Positions 40,124 through 52,200 of a stretch of 64,000 bases of DNA are shown piece by piece. Numbering within the stretch: position 1 is the stretch's first letter; every line of letters starts with the position of its first letter. Source of the DNA: an uncultured Chloroflexia bacterium (lineage in GTDB: Bacteria > Chloroflexota > Anaerolineae > CG2-30-64-16). The notes under the pieces are model-generated. The model was not told where the DNA came from and did not search any database. It saw only the letters and a list, made by a program, of their open reading frames with translations. The translations under genes and the position numbers were made by a program. Where the stretch lies: the NCBI GenBank assembly GCA_963774265.1, contig CAVZDU010000010.1:256001-320000 (forward strand), written 5' to 3'.

Positions 40124-40160
40124 AACTTCCGAAGCCCGACCGGCTTCGGAAGTTTTTCTT
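40124..40160 (+). terminator. Palindromic terminator (ACTTCCGAAG family)
   Basis: AACTTCCGAAGCC-CGACC-GGCTTCGGAAGTT followed by TTTCTT. Confidence 0.8.
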
Positions 40161-40224
40161 TGTCTTTCTTGGAGTCACCGGCCTGCGGTATAATGAGCGA
40201 TGAGTTGATCGAAAGAAGAGGATA

Positions 40225-42027
40225 ATGGACCAACAGTTCATTCGCAATTTCTGCATTATTGCCCACATCGATCATGGTAAGTCAACGCTGGCCGACCGCT
40301 TGCTTCAGCTCACGGGCACAATCTCCGATCGCGAGATGGTGGCCCAGGTGTTGGATACAATGGACCTGGAGCGCGAAAAGGGCGTCACCATCAAGGCCTC
40401 CGCCGTTCGCATGATCTACAAGGCCAACGATGGCAATACCTACGAGCTAAATCTGATTGACACACCGGGTCACGTGGATTTCGCATATGAAGTGAGTCGA
40501 GCGTTGCAAGCTTGCGAAGGGGCGGTGCTCGTAGTCGATGCCTCTCAGGGTGTTGAGGCGCAGACGTTGGCTAACTTGTACCTGGCGATGGAGAACGATC
40601 TCGAAGTCATCCCGGTTGTCAACAAAATCGACTTGGTGTCGGCGCAACCCCAGGCGGTCGCGGAGGAGATCGAGGCCATCCTGGGCACTCCCGCAAACAG
40701 CGTACTGAGGATCTCGGCCAAAGACGGCACCAATGTGAAGGCGTTGCTGGAAGCAGTGGTTCACCTCGTGGCCCCACCACGTGGGCAGCACGATCAGCCT
40801 CTCCGGGCACTCATATTTGATAGCCACTACGACGCCTATAAAGGCGCCGTGGCGTATGTGCGGGTGGTGGATGGTAGTATCATTTCGGGACAAATTTTGC
40901 GCCTCATGTCCACTGGCATGACCCTTGATCCCTTGGAGATCGGCGCGTTCGGCCCGGAAATGCGATCAACTGGCAAGCTCGAAGCTGGAGAGGTGGGCTA
41001 TCTCGCGACCGGGCTGAAAAACGTGGCCGAAGTGCGGGTGGGTGATACGATTACCTGGCACGCCAATCCGGCTCAGACGCCGCTGCCCGGCTACAAGCGC
41101 ATGAAGTCCATGGTCTTCGCGTCGGTGTACCCCAGTGACGCGGCAGATTACTTGTCCCTGCGCGATGCGTTGTCCAAGCTTCAGCTCAACGATGCCTCGT
41201 TGAGCTATGAACCGGAGACAAGTCAGGCGTTAGGCTATGGATTTCGCTGCGGCTTCCTGGGCCTGTTCCATATGGAAATCATTCAGGAGAGATTGGAGCG
41301 CGAATACGACCTTGACCTGGTCTTCACTGCGCCTAGCGTTGAGTATGAGGTGACCAAGACGGATGGCAGTGAAGTGGTCATCGACAGCCCTGTCGAGTTG
41401 CCTGACCCAACAGAGACCGCCGAAATCCGCGAGCCGTGGGTGCAAATCGACGTCTTCACGCCCACGGAGTTCATAGGTCAGGTGATGGACCTGGTCACAT
41501 CCCGTCGCGGAGAATTCAAGGCCCAGGAATACCTAGACCAACGCCGCGTGCTCCTGAGTTATCACATTCCCCTGGTTGAGATCCTGACCGATTTCTACAA
41601 TGATCTGAAGGCGCGCACCCGCGGGTACGCCAGCCTGGATTATCACTTGGAAGGCTATCGCCCCGCCGACATGGTGCGACTGGATGTCTTGGTAAACAAG
41701 GATCCGGTCGACGCATTGAGCATGATCGTGCATCGCGATCAGGTTTACACCAAGGGCCAACGTCTGGTCAGCAAGCTGAAGGATGTAATCCCACGCCAGC
41801 AATTTGACGTGCCCATCCAGGCCGCCGTGGGAAACAAGGTGGTGAGCCGCGCCAATGTCAAGGCGATGCGCAAGGATGTGTTGGCCAAATGCTATGGTGG
41901 TGATATTACCCGGAAGCGGAAACTTCTGGAGAAACAGAAGGCCGGTAAGAAGCGCATGAAAATGATCGGCAACGTCGAGATCCCGCAAGAGGCGTTCATG
42001 ACGATTTTGAAGCTGGATGAAGACTAG
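40225..42027 (+). CDS. lepA: Translation elongation factor 4
   Basis: [46 protein letters not shown]; TATAAT at 40189. Confidence 0.98.
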   Translation: MDQQFIRNFCIIAHIDHGKSTLADRLLQLTGTISDREMVAQVLDTMDLEREKGVTIKASAVRMIYKANDGNTYELNLIDTPGHVDFAYEVSRALQACEGAVLVVDASQGVEAQTLANLYLAMENDLEVIPVVNKIDLVSAQPQAVAEEIEAILGTPANSVLRISAKDGTNVKALLEAVVHLVAPPRGQHDQPLRALIFDSHYDAYKGAVAYVRVVDGSIISGQILRLMSTGMTLDPLEIGAFGPEMRSTGKLEAGEVGYLATGLKNVAEVRVGDTITWHANPAQTPLPGYKRMKSMVFASVYPSDAADYLSLRDALSKLQLNDASLSYEPETSQALGYGFRCGFLGLFHMEIIQERLEREYDLDLVFTAPSVEYEVTKTDGSEVVIDSPVELPDPTETAEIREPWVQIDVFTPTEFIGQVMDLVTSRRGEFKAQEYLDQRRVLLSYHIPLVEILTDFYNDLKARTRGYASLDYHLEGYRPADMVRLDVLVNKDPVDALSMIVHRDQVYTKGQRLVSKLKDVIPRQQFDVPIQAAVGNKVVSRANVKAMRKDVLAKCYGGDITRKRKLLEKQKAGKKRMKMIGNVEIPQEAFMTILKLDED

Positions 42028-42841
42028 CCCACTTACGCAACTTGCGGTCCTCGGCATCCGTCCCAAAAAAGGCTTGGGACAGAACTTTCTTGTCGATCCA
42101 ACCCATCAGGCACGTATCGTCGACGCCGCCGACCTCATTGACGACGATACCGTGCTTGAGGTCGGACCTGGCCCCGGGGTTCTCACCGAGTTAATCGCCG
42201 CCGCCGCCGGCCGGGTCATCGCCGTTGAGCTGGATGATCGACTGATTCCCTTCCTGCGTGAGCGCTTTTCCGCTGAGCCGAATGTGACCATCATTCATGG
42301 TGACATCCTGGAGATCGATCCGGGCGCACTAACCGAGGGTAAGCCTTACAAAGTCGTCGCGAACCTCCCCTACTACATCACTTCGGCTGTCATACGCCAC
42401 CTTCTTGAATCGACCCCGGCGCCGGAAGTCCTTGTCCTGACTGTACAACGGGAGGTCGCGGAGCGCATGGTCGCACAGCCGCCGAACATGAGCCTGCTGG
42501 CGCTGGGCGTGCAGTTCTATTGCACGGGGCGAATCGTGGCAAGGGTGCCTGCCGGCGCCTTTTATCCTGCGCCGAAAGTTGACTCGGCCGTAGTTCGTCT
42601 GGATCGTCGACCCGCGGTGATCGCCAATGATGTTGGAGCAGCACAATTCTTCGAAGTGGCGCGGGCCGGGTTCAGCCAACCACGAAAACAACTGCGCAAC
42701 TCGCTGGCATCAGGGCTGCAGGTTGCGCCAGCGGACATTGAGAAATGGCTTGCTCGGGTTGGGGTCGATCCCAAGCGTCGTGCTGAAACGCTAACCCTGG
42801 CTGAGTGGGCTGCACTCGCCCGCACACGTACTCCAAGCTAG
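42017..42841 (+). CDS. rsmA: 16S rRNA adenine dimethyltransferase RsmA/KsgA
   Basis: [29 protein letters not shown]. Confidence 0.96.
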   Translation: MKTSPLTQLAVLGIRPKKGLGQNFLVDPTHQARIVDAADLIDDDTVLEVGPGPGVLTELIAAAAGRVIAVELDDRLIPFLRERFSAEPNVTIIHGDILEIDPGALTEGKPYKVVANLPYYITSAVIRHLLESTPAPEVLVLTVQREVAERMVAQPPNMSLLALGVQFYCTGRIVARVPAGAFYPAPKVDSAVVRLDRRPAVIANDVGAAQFFEVARAGFSQPRKQLRNSLASGLQVAPADIEKWLARVGVDPKRRAETLTLAEWAALARTRTPS

Positions 42842-43501
42842 ATCGCAACGCGGTCTGCGTACACCCCCCAATACTCCGAAGGCATCTTCCGCGCGATCGC
42901 AATCATTATCTGTTCGGTGTAGAGGTGGAGTTCTCCAGTCCTGGCGCGGGCTGCGCTCGGGGGCAGCACGATAGGATCACAAAAGGACACGAAGACATTT
43001 GGCCGACGCAGCCTGCGCCATGCCTCAAAGGTCGTCTCGTGTCCCCACACGGCAACCGGCACAATCACTGCTTCGGTGCGGCTGGCCAGATACGACGCAC
43101 CGTCGTGGCCCTCCTGGAGGCCCCGCTGCCGGCTGCGCGTTCCTTCGGGCGCCACGGCCAGAGAGCCGCCGGCCTTGAGTTCTTTGAGCGACTCCGCCAA
43201 CGCCTCTCTGTCTGGCTCCCCGCGAGCCACGTAAATGATGCCGCGTCATCTGCTCCATCACCCAACCGCCCGGCTTCCCGCGCCACTTGTCTGCAGCCAG
43301 GATCGTTGTGCGTCGGCGGACGCACATGCCCACGAGCGGAATATCCAGCATGTGAAGATGATTGGGTGAAACGACCACAGGTCCAGTTAACGGCACATTG
43401 TCAAGACCGGTGACGTGGAGATGCAACAACAGCCTGAAGAACCCCCACAGCACACGTTGAAATGCCCGATAGATCGTGCCGGCATCTCTTGCAAGGAACA
43501 T
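42838..43501 (-). CDS. plsC: Lysophospholipid acyltransferase; apparent frameshift near 43243
   Basis: NHLHMLD in the first piece, APEGTRS and IVPVA in the second. Confidence 0.85.
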
Positions 43502-43509
43502 GTTATCAC

Positions 43510-44511
43510 CTAAGGTGTTGGGGTTGGCAGTCGTCGGCCTTGCGCCTCTGCATGGAAGCTGGCCACTGGACCACCCGCCGGGGTCAACTCAATTGAAAAG
43601 GTTGTCTGTCCGCCGCGCAGGATGACGTTGTGATCCGGGACGGCTCGCCGCATGCCGATGACGCGGCCCAGCGCATCGTAGAGTGTGACAGTCACGGTGA
43701 TCTCAACCGCGTCCTCAGGGCCTACGTTAGCCACCACACCGGTAACTATGTAGGTGGCGTAGCGTTCCCCTTCGCCAGCAGTGTCACGCACTTCGAGATC
43801 GAGGTAATAGCTGCCCACGTACCCAAGCACGCCCTTCCAGGGTAAGGCCTGATAGCTGGAGAAAGACTGGGGCGGCGATGAGAACCGGACTGCAAACGGC
43901 GCCTTTGCCCCTGGCCTTAGCAGATCGATGCCCACATAGGTCTGCTCTTCGGCAACAACCTTACCTTGATCGTCGAGCAGTTGGATGCTGATGCCGGCCT
44001 GCTCCAGATCGGCGCCAGTGGAGTTCAGGATTTCTCCCAAGCACCAAAGACCGCCCAAGGGCGTATTGTTGAAGGTCAAGTTCTTCACAGTGAAGGGCAA
44101 AGGCGTTGGCTGGGCCGTAGGCGTGCCTGCCGATGACTCTTCCGCTTCCTCAACGGGGATGAGCAACTCCTGGCCAACGCGCAGTGACCGCGGGTCAGTG
44201 ATGCCGTTGGCATCCTGAATGCCGGACACGCTGACACCGAATTGTTGGGCGATTTTGAGCAGATTATCGCCGGAAGCGATTCGGTAGATCAGGGGGGTTG
44301 GGGTGACCGTGGGTGTGGCGGTAGGCGCAGGTGTATAGGGCGCCGGTGTGGAAGTGGGCCGGTCCGTGGCTGCGGCTGCAAGCGCAACGCCCGGGGTGGG
44401 TGTGGCTGAGGGCGTGGGGGTCACGCGCGTGATGATCTGTCCGCAGCCAGCCAGGAACAGGAGACAGGCACAAGAGAAAACAACCAGTGTGGCGAGTTTC
44501 GATAGTTTCAA
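43510..44511 (-). CDS. LysM lipoprotein with Pro/Thr linkers and two FxLYD-like domains
   Basis: Lipobox LFLAGC; YRIASGDNLLKIAQQFGVS LysM; IQLLD and VTLYD. Start uncertain (TTG 44511 chosen). Confidence 0.82.
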   Translation of the reverse strand: MKLSKLATLVVFSCACLLFLAGCGQIITRVTPTPSATPTPGVALAAAATDRPTSTPAPYTPAPTATPTVTPTPLIYRIASGDNLLKIAQQFGVSVSGIQDANGITDPRSLRVGQELLIPVEEAEESSAGTPTAQPTPLPFTVKNLTFNNTPLGGLWCLGEILNSTGADLEQAGISIQLLDDQGKVVAEEQTYVGIDLLRPGAKAPFAVRFSSPPQSFSSYQALPWKGVLGYVGSYYLDLEVRDTAGEGERYATYIVTGVVANVGPEDAVEITVTVTLYDALGRVIGMRRAVPDHNVILRGGQTTFSIELTPAGGPVASFHAEAQGRRLPTPTP

Positions 44512-44660
44512 ACTGTCATCCCAGGTGATCAGCAATTGGTCTTGGCTTGATGATACCACAGGGCAGCGGTAAGGCTGCTTTCTTCAGAGCGAGTTTGTTT
44601 ACCGCACCCATCTGCATTACACTGATCCCGTTGAGCAAAGTGCGTTCAGATGGAGCTAGA

Positions 44661-46640
44661 ATGATCAGCGAGACTTCATTGTCCCCTTCCAGCCTCGGTT
44701 TTGTGCGCGTCGCGGTCGTCAGCCCGGAGTTGCGTGTGGCGGACGTGGAGTTCAACGCCGGCAAGATAGTCGAGGCCATGCAGGCAGCCGCCAAGCAAGG
44801 TGCCCGACTGGCTCTGTTCCCGGAGTTGTGCATCACTGCCTATTCGTGTGGGGATCTTTTTTTTCAGTCGTTGCTCCTTGAGAGTGCACTCTCCGCTCTG
44901 AAAACCCTGGCTGAGGCGTCCGCTTCGGTGAGTCTCGCCGCGGTGGTCGGGCTGCCACTTGCAGTAGACGGAAAGCTTTACAATTGTGCGGCACTGATCG
45001 CAGACGGCCAGGTGCACGGGCTTGTACCCAAGAGCTTCCTGCCGAGCACAGGCGAATTCTATGAGGAGCGCTGGTTCACACCCGCAGCCCTCTGCGCCGC
45101 CCAGGCTGTCTCTATTGGCCGAAGGGATACTCCGCTCGGGCCGGATTTGCTTTTCGCGGCGACGAACTTCCCCGGATTGATCCTTGGTATCGAGATTTGC
45201 GAGGACTTGTGGGCGGTAAGCCCGCCCAGCGGCGATATGGCGCTAGCCGGTGCGACTCTGCTGCTGAACGGCTCAGCAAGTAACGAACTGCTGGGTAAAG
45301 TCGAGTATCGTCGCGACCTGGTTCGGCAACAGTCTGCCCGTACTCTGGCCGCATACCTCTACGCGGGCGCAGGACCGGGTGAATCGACGACCGATCTCGT
45401 CTGGGCAGGCCATTCGATGATCGCAGAGAATGGCGCGATACTGGCTGAGACCGGCCGTTTTCGTTTTGAGACACAGATGGCCATCGCGGATATTGACGTG
45501 CAGCGACTGCTCGGTGAGCGACTACGCAGCAATTCCTATTCTGCAGCCTCTCCTGCGCGTCAGCACAGAAAGGTGGCATTCAACCTGCCGGGCGCCAAAT
45601 CCCCTGCCTTGCCGCTGATCCGGCCATTGCTCTCCCGTCTGCCTTTTGTGCCCTCAGATCAGGAAAAGCGTGCCCAGCATTGCCGCGAAATCTTCAACAT
45701 TCAGGCTACAGGACTGGCCAAACGGTTGCGCCATATCGGATCCAAAAAGGTCACGATTGGTTTGTCCGGAGGTCTTGATTCGACTCTGGCGCTGCTGGTC
45801 GCTGCGCGCGCATTCGATATTGTTGGTCTTCCCCGCGAAGGCATCATAGCGATCACCATGCCCGGCTTCGGCACCACCTCTCGTACGCGTAGCAACGCAG
45901 AGAAGCTGGCTGAATACCTCCACGTGACCTTCCGCACCATACCAATCACCGCTGCGGTGCGACAACATTTCAAAGATATCGGGCACGACGAGAGTACGCA
46001 TGATGTCACCTATGAGAACGCGCAGGCGCGCGAGCGCACCCAGATCCTGATGGATGTCGCGAATCAAGTTGGCGGCTTCGTGGTCGGCACCGGGGATCTA
46101 TCTGAGTTGGCCCTTGGCTGGGCCACCTATAATGGCGACCATATGTCGATGTATCATGTGTGTGCTGGCGTGCCAAAGACACTGGTTCGTTACCTCGTGG
46201 ATTGGGCCGCGGACGAGGAGTTCCAGGGTGAAGTCGCGCTCGTTCTGCATGACATCAGCGCAACGCCCATCACGCCTGAGCTCTTGCCACTAGGGCAAGA
46301 TGGTGTGCTGGAGCAGAAAACCGAGGACACCATTGGACCCTACGAACTGCACGACTTCTTCCTTTACCACGTGATCCGCTATGGGTTCCCCCCGCGCAAG
46401 GTATTCGTGCTGGCAATGCAAGCCTTTGGTGACGACTATACTTCCGATACGATCCTTAAGTGGCTCCGAGTTTTTTATCGCCGTTTCTTCAGCCAGCAGT
46501 TTAAGCGTTCTGCCATGCCGGACGGCCCTAAGGTGGGCTCCGTAGCACTATCTCCACGGGGTGATTGGCGTATGCCTTCGGATGCGAGCGCCGCCAGTTG
46601 GCTCGCGGAGGCGGACGCGATTGAACATGCTATGGATTAG
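44661..46640 (+). CDS. nadE: Glutamine-dependent NAD+ synthetase
   Basis: Nitrilase triad PEL/VPK/EICED; [34 protein letters not shown]. Confidence 0.96.
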   Translation: MISETSLSPSSLGFVRVAVVSPELRVADVEFNAGKIVEAMQAAAKQGARLALFPELCITAYSCGDLFFQSLLLESALSALKTLAEASASVSLAAVVGLPLAVDGKLYNCAALIADGQVHGLVPKSFLPSTGEFYEERWFTPAALCAAQAVSIGRRDTPLGPDLLFAATNFPGLILGIEICEDLWAVSPPSGDMALAGATLLLNGSASNELLGKVEYRRDLVRQQSARTLAAYLYAGAGPGESTTDLVWAGHSMIAENGAILAETGRFRFETQMAIADIDVQRLLGERLRSNSYSAASPARQHRKVAFNLPGAKSPALPLIRPLLSRLPFVPSDQEKRAQHCREIFNIQATGLAKRLRHIGSKKVTIGLSGGLDSTLALLVAARAFDIVGLPREGIIAITMPGFGTTSRTRSNAEKLAEYLHVTFRTIPITAAVRQHFKDIGHDESTHDVTYENAQARERTQILMDVANQVGGFVVGTGDLSELALGWATYNGDHMSMYHVCAGVPKTLVRYLVDWAADEEFQGEVALVLHDISATPITPELLPLGQDGVLEQKTEDTIGPYELHDFFLYHVIRYGFPPRKVFVLAMQAFGDDYTSDTILKWLRVFYRRFFSQQFKRSAMPDGPKVGSVALSPRGDWRMPSDASAASWLAEADAIEHAMD

Positions 46641-46704
46641 AGTATATGCCGCTACTGTTGATGTCCCATTGGACGGCGCCGGAGATTGGACTTAAGGAGT
46701 CAGA

Positions 46705-47382
46705 ATGTCCCCGAAAATTCGCGTTTTGCTCGTCGATGATCACGCCATCGTTCGCAAAGGGATCGCGGCACTTTTAGCGACTGAGCCGGATTTCGAAGTA
46801 GTCGGCGAGGCATCTGATGGCGCGGAAGCAATTGCCAAGGCCCAAGCGTTGCGACCCGATGTGGTGATGATGGATCTGGTCATGCCCAAAATAGACGGGA
46901 TCGAGGCAACGCGTCAGATCACATCGCAGGTCAAAAATGTCCGCGTTCTGGTTTTGACTAGCTTCGCAGCTGACGATAAGGTCTTTCCGGCCATTAAGGC
47001 GGGCGCGCTGGGGTACCTTCTAAAAGACTCGGGACCGCTTGAGCTGGTTCAAGCTATCCGGCAGGTCCATCGCGGACAACCATCGCTTGAGCCATCAATC
47101 GCCAGCAAGGTGCTTTTTGAACTGGCCCACCCGTCCAGGGACCAATTGACCACTGACCCTCTTACTGGCCGCGAGCTGGAAGTTCTCCGTTTGGTGGCCC
47201 AGGGGCGCAGCAATCGGGAGATTGCCGAGAAATTGGTGATCACCGAACTAACTGTCAGCACCCACGTGAGCAACATTCTAGGTAAGCTGCACCTTGCCAG
47301 CAGGACGCAGGCTGCACTTTTTGCATTGCGTGAGGGCTTGGCGTCTCTTGATGACATCCCTTCGTTTGGCGACGAGCCCTGA
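46705..47382 (+). CDS. NarL/LuxR family response regulator
   Basis: VDDH, MDLVMP, LTSF, YLLK, LTGRELEVL...HVSNILGKL. Confidence 0.95.
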   Translation: MSPKIRVLLVDDHAIVRKGIAALLATEPDFEVVGEASDGAEAIAKAQALRPDVVMMDLVMPKIDGIEATRQITSQVKNVRVLVLTSFAADDKVFPAIKAGALGYLLKDSGPLELVQAIRQVHRGQPSLEPSIASKVLFELAHPSRDQLTTDPLTGRELEVLRLVAQGRSNREIAEKLVITELTVSTHVSNILGKLHLASRTQAALFALREGLASLDDIPSFGDEP

Positions 47383-47428
47383 GCGGCATACCAGAAATCT
47401 AGTAGTCTCGCTACTCATATCCTCCAGA

Positions 47429-47456
47429 AGACCACCCGCAAGGGTGGTCTCTTTTT
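47429..47456 (+). terminator. Intrinsic terminator
   Basis: AGACCACCC-GCAA-GGGTGGTCT followed by CTTTTT. Confidence 0.85.
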
Positions 47457-47559
47457 GTATGCGCATTCACGGGTTTTTCCCGATGTTCATTACGCCTCGC
47501 CCTGTTATTCTTTACGTGACGCTGAGGCAAGCATTGAATCGAACACGGAGACGCGGCGG

Positions 47560-47940
47560 ATGGTCGGCAAGATGGGCGAGCATTTGAGGATTCTGATCGT
47601 TGATGATTCGGCACGGGCACGGCAAAGCATCAAGGCGTTAGTGGGCACCTGCTCCGGCGTGGATGCCTTGAAAGAAGCAACAAACGGCGCTGAGGCCGTG
47701 GCACTGGCTGAGACCTGGGCGCCCGATGCTGTGCTCATGGATGTCTGCATGGCTGAGATGGACGGGTTACAGGCAACGCGGATGATCAAGGCCCGCTGGC
47801 CGCACATCAAGATCATCGTCCTCTCCATGTATGGCGACTACGAACCGCAAGCCCTCGAAGCTGGGGCGGATGCGTTCGTGAACAAAGGTGAGCCGCCAAC
47901 GCGGCTACTACAGGCGCTCGATGCGGTGATCGGCGCGTGA
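47560..47940 (+). CDS. Single-domain response regulator (receiver only)
   Basis: LIVDD, LMDVCM, LSMY, FVNK; RBS GGAG. Confidence 0.88.
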   Translation: MVGKMGEHLRILIVDDSARARQSIKALVGTCSGVDALKEATNGAEAVALAETWAPDAVLMDVCMAEMDGLQATRMIKARWPHIKIIVLSMYGDYEPQALEAGADAFVNKGEPPTRLLQALDAVIGA

Positions 47941-47956
47941 AAGGGGAGTCCTTTCG

Positions 47957-48580
47957 ATGAGTGAGCAGGAAATTATCAACCTGGCCCGACGGGGTGATCA
48001 GGCCGCCTTCACCACACTGGTGAGGACCTATCAAACCGCGATCTACAACCTTTGTTATCGAATGTTGGGTGACGCGGACCAGGCTCAGGATGCCGCGCAG
48101 GAGACCTTTCTTCGAGCCTACACGCAGTTTCATCGCTACGATCCCGAGCGCTCATTCAAGACCTGGCTTTTCTCCATCGCCAGCCACTATTGCATTGATC
48201 GGCTGCGTCGTCGCCGGGTCATCTGGCTGGACATCGATGACGAGCCTTTGGCCGGTCACCCGGCGCTGCGTGAGAGGAGATTGGGTCCCGAGGATGCGGT
48301 CCTGCAGAGGGAGCGGGCTGCGGATGTACAGGCGTTGCTGGAGACATTGGCGCCAAAGGATCGGGTCGCTGTCGTGATGCTGTACTGGCACGACCTGTCT
48401 TACCAGGAAATTGCTGAAGCGACCGGAACGACAGTGAGTGCAGTCAAAAGCCGACTCCACCGAGCGCGCGCAGCCATGGCCGACATGTTTCGGACGAAAG
48501 ATGTCCGGCGCGATGCTGCTCGCCAGGCGTCGCGTACAACTCTGGTTGGCCCAACCAGGCTGGCGGCGGCCCAGGCGTAG
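47957..48580 (+). CDS. ECF RNA polymerase sigma factor (SigW-like)
   Basis: AQDAAQETFLRA, FKTWLFSIA, LSYQEIAE, VKSRLHRAR. Confidence 0.95.
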   Translation: MSEQEIINLARRGDQAAFTTLVRTYQTAIYNLCYRMLGDADQAQDAAQETFLRAYTQFHRYDPERSFKTWLFSIASHYCIDRLRRRRVIWLDIDDEPLAGHPALRERRLGPEDAVLQRERAADVQALLETLAPKDRVAVVMLYWHDLSYQEIAEATGTTVSAVKSRLHRARAAMADMFRTKDVRRDAARQASRTTLVGPTRLAAAQA

Positions 48581-48610
48581 CGATCGGCCCTCGTAACGGA
48601 GGCACTCTCG

Positions 48611-49171
48611 ATGTTTGACGCTTATGGAACCTTTCAAGCGAACTCGGTGTGTGTGTCAGCGGGCATCGGCACGCGGCAATTCGATCCTGGCATCGCGGCG
48701 ATCAGCCGCGCGGTCTCCATGCATCACTCCCTCGTCCTGAGGGCGCGCCTGAGAAGGCTCTGGGCGGGAGTCACGCGACGGTCAGTCCGTTTGCTGGATA
48801 TGGATGTCGTGCGACGGTCGAAGACCATCGAGGGGATTTTCGATCTGGGCTGCGTAACAATTGCAGTCGAGAGGATCCGCGGCAGCGAGTGTCGCGCCCG
48901 CGATTTCGACAATGCTTTCCTGCCCCTCAACGAGACAACCCGGCAACGTTGGGCTAGCGTGTATGCCGCGAGGTTGTGTGGTGAGTCACTGCCCGCCGTG
49001 TCGGTGGTGCAGTTGGGCGACACCTATTATGTCCGCGACGGCCATCACCGGGTCTCAGTGGCCCGCGTGTTGGGCGAGGAGTATATAGAGGCTAACGTCC
49101 AGGTGTGGCAGGTCAAGGGCGAAACGGCGCCGTCGCCGGCAATGAGAGTGGAGTTTGTCGTATCTGTCTGA
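48611..49171 (+). CDS. ParB/Srx-fold-like hypothetical protein
   Basis: IRGSE, DFD..FLP, LPAVSVVQLGDTYYVRDGHHRVSVAR; RBS GGAGG. Confidence 0.75.
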   Translation: MFDAYGTFQANSVCVSAGIGTRQFDPGIAAISRAVSMHHSLVLRARLRRLWAGVTRRSVRLLDMDVVRRSKTIEGIFDLGCVTIAVERIRGSECRARDFDNAFLPLNETTRQRWASVYAARLCGESLPAVSVVQLGDTYYVRDGHHRVSVARVLGEEYIEANVQVWQVKGETAPSPAMRVEFVVSV

Positions 49172-49297
49172 AGTCTTGTCCCCGGGGTAACAGGGTTTGA
49201 GGGATTGCACCCCTCGGTCTTTCACGACGAGTGCGATTTAGGCTGCTGCTTTCTGGGCCGCTTTCGCACTGGCTGTGTGAGCCGGGGGGTGCGCTCT

Positions 49298-52200
49298 TTA
49301 ACGTGTCTTGATAAGTAGCGTGACAATCTGGAACGGCTTGATCTCGAACGTAACCCCGCCCTCTTGAACGTCGAGCTCGCGCAGCTGATTCTCGAGCATG
49401 TCCGTTTCGATGATCTGCTTGACAGGCAGCGAGGTCTGCAGCCTGCAACGCGTCCAGGTTCGCTTGGCCTCATACAATCGAATAACCACATCACCCGAGC
49501 CATCCTCGGCTGGTTTCACCGCTTCGATGAACACATTCGGCGCGTCGAGAGTGAACAACGATTTTTCAGGTGTTCTCGGAGCACCGGCTGCAATCGTCAC
49601 AGGCGCGTTCAAGTCATAGGCTTCGCGCACTACTTCGCTCTCAAAGAAGGGGCTGTTCCAGGTAGCCAGCGAGTACGTGAACACCTGCTTTCCCTCATCC
49701 GCGTGCGGGTCTGGTGCGATGGCCGACTTCAGGAGGGTGAGCTGGATGCGATTGCCTATCACGTTGACGCCGTACTTGCAGTCGTTGAGCACTGCCACAC
49801 CTCGTCCTTCTTCAGCGAGCGCCGTCCAACGCTGCTGCGGCACTTCAAATCGGTCCGCGTCATATTTGCGCGACGCGTGGTTGGGTCGCCTGACGTGTCC
49901 AAACTGGATTTCGTGCAACGCTTCCTCTGCGTGCACTGTCACTGGGAATGCTACCTTGAGAAGTTTGTGCTTCTCCCTCCACATGATGGTCGTAACAAAA
50001 TCCAGCCGCCGGCTGCTGCGACGCAACCGAATCTCCTGGCTCATGCTGGAATTGTTGAGTTGTCGGGTCACCCTTAGACTGGCGATCAGCGGTCCCGCGG
50101 CTGCGACCTCCATTGTCGATCCTTGGTCCAACGCCACAGGCAGATTGACATAGTTGCTATCCAGATCCCAGGCATCCCACGCACGCGGAACATCTTTGTA
50201 CATCAGGAAGGCGTTGCCCGGTGATGCCATCCATTCAGATTCCGACTCTCTGTCCCAGAAACTGACCAGCTCGCCCGTCGCATTGAAGGTCGCGCGTATC
50301 AGCTCGTTCTCCAATACCCAGCCCGTTTCTGCCGCGTAGACGCGTGCGCGGGAGTCTTCGGTGTGCATTGCGCCACCAGAGGTCACTTCCGCGGGCTTGC
50401 ATGTTCTTACGGTGGTCCATCCGCACGGTGGGACCGTAACTTCCACCAGTTTGTGTGCTCCCTGCGTTTGGGTCACCAAGGGCGCGCCAACGGCGTCAGT
50501 GACGATATCGCTGTCATGGGGAATGGCCACGAGCACACGGCGAGAGAAGGATAGTGAGTTGAACACGGTCATTGCACCTCCAGACCTGTCGGTCACCAGC
50601 GCGGTGACCGCAGCCTGGGTCATGCGTTCAGCACACGCCACAACCTCAGATAAATCGCTTTCTGCTTCCTCGTATACGCGGCCGATGGACGATCCGGGCA
50701 GGATATCGTGGAATTGATTGATCAGGACTCGTTTCCAGGCTCTGTCCAGAACGATCAGCGGGGCAGATCTGCCCGCGAGTACCGATGCCATGCTTCCCCA
50801 AAACTCCGCCTCCCGCAGCCCGATTTCGGATCGGCGGTTCAGCAGTTTGATCCGCGCTTGCGAGGTGTACGTGCCGCGGTGCGCCTGGAAGTACAGCTCG
50901 CCGACGTAGTGAGGCAAGGTGGTGCGGCGTTCCTCCAGCTCTGTGAAGTAATCGATGGGTGGCGCAATCCGAGTTCGCGGCGCGCCTTCGAGATTGCGGC
51001 CGCGCAGCAGGAATTCAAGGTGTTCGCGGGTTGCGCCACCACCTCCGTCGCCATGGCCAAAAGGCAGCATCAGGCCGGATGTCCCCGACTTCTGCGCTCG
51101 ACCGGCCCATGCCGCAACCAGATGTTTGGGTGATGTCTGGTAGCCGTATCCGTGGAAAATATGGGCCAGGACCTGAGATCCGTCGATCCCCTGCCATAAG
51201 AAGTCATTGTACGGAAATGGATCGCCGTCGTTGTAGCCCCACATGATTTTCTGCGTGGCGAAATAGGGGATGCCGCAGCCGCGCATGATCTGGGGCAGCG
51301 CTGCCGAATAGCCGAAAACATCAGGCTCCCAGAAAATCCGAGTGTTGAGTCCAAATTCATCCCGGAAAAACCTCTTGCCGTGGATGAATTGCCGGATCAG
51401 GCTTTCGCCCCCGGTGATGTTTGTATCTGGTTCAACCCAGGCGCTTCCTTCAACATTCCACTGCCCGGTCGCGATCCTTGCCCGCACCCGGTCGTAGAGG
51501 TCAGGATAGAAGTTGCCGAGCATGACATAAAGTTGTGCCTGGCTTTGCAGGAATACGTATTCGCCGTATGCAGAAAGCAATTCGAGCTGGTTCGCTACGG
51601 TGCGCGCAACTTTGCGCTCGGTCTCTGCCAGCGGCCATAGCCAGGCGACGTCGATGTGGGCATGGCCGAATGCGTGGAGCATTGGCGCCGTTGTGCTGTT
51701 CTCAGCGGCAAGCAATCGCGCGAGCCGATGGCGGGCCTCTCGGACACCATTGTGCAACTCAGGGCGGGGCGACTCGAGGTCCACCGACAGCGTCATGTCC
51801 TGCAATCCGTGGTCGATCTCATCGACACGCAGCGAGGTCGGGTCAAGCATCTCACGTAATTCCCACAGCACAATGGCATCCATCAGGAGGTGAAACACAT
51901 CCTCCTCCCAGATGCCAAAGGTGCTCGCGCCCAATGTTCGGCGCTCGCCTTCTACAGGATCGGGCAGGTGGTTCGTCCCGTGAGGTACGGGCCCCGTGGT
52001 CACCAGGACTGGTTCGGCGCCCGCGTAGCTCTCCGTGAGGATCTCATAGTGCGTGCCTGGCAGGCCGGATTCGCTGAGCAAGATGGTCGGGTGGGCCCAG
52101 TCGCGGCCTCCACGCACGACGCCATCAACCCATACCAGGCTGTCGGCGCCCGTGTTGAGGTGCAGCACGATCCGTTCGCCCGCAGCAGCTTGCGGGAGCG

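Noticed and set aside
44290-44425. Repetitive GGGGT/GGTGT tract
   Set aside because: It encodes the Pro/Thr linker of the LysM lipoprotein and is not a DNA repeat element.
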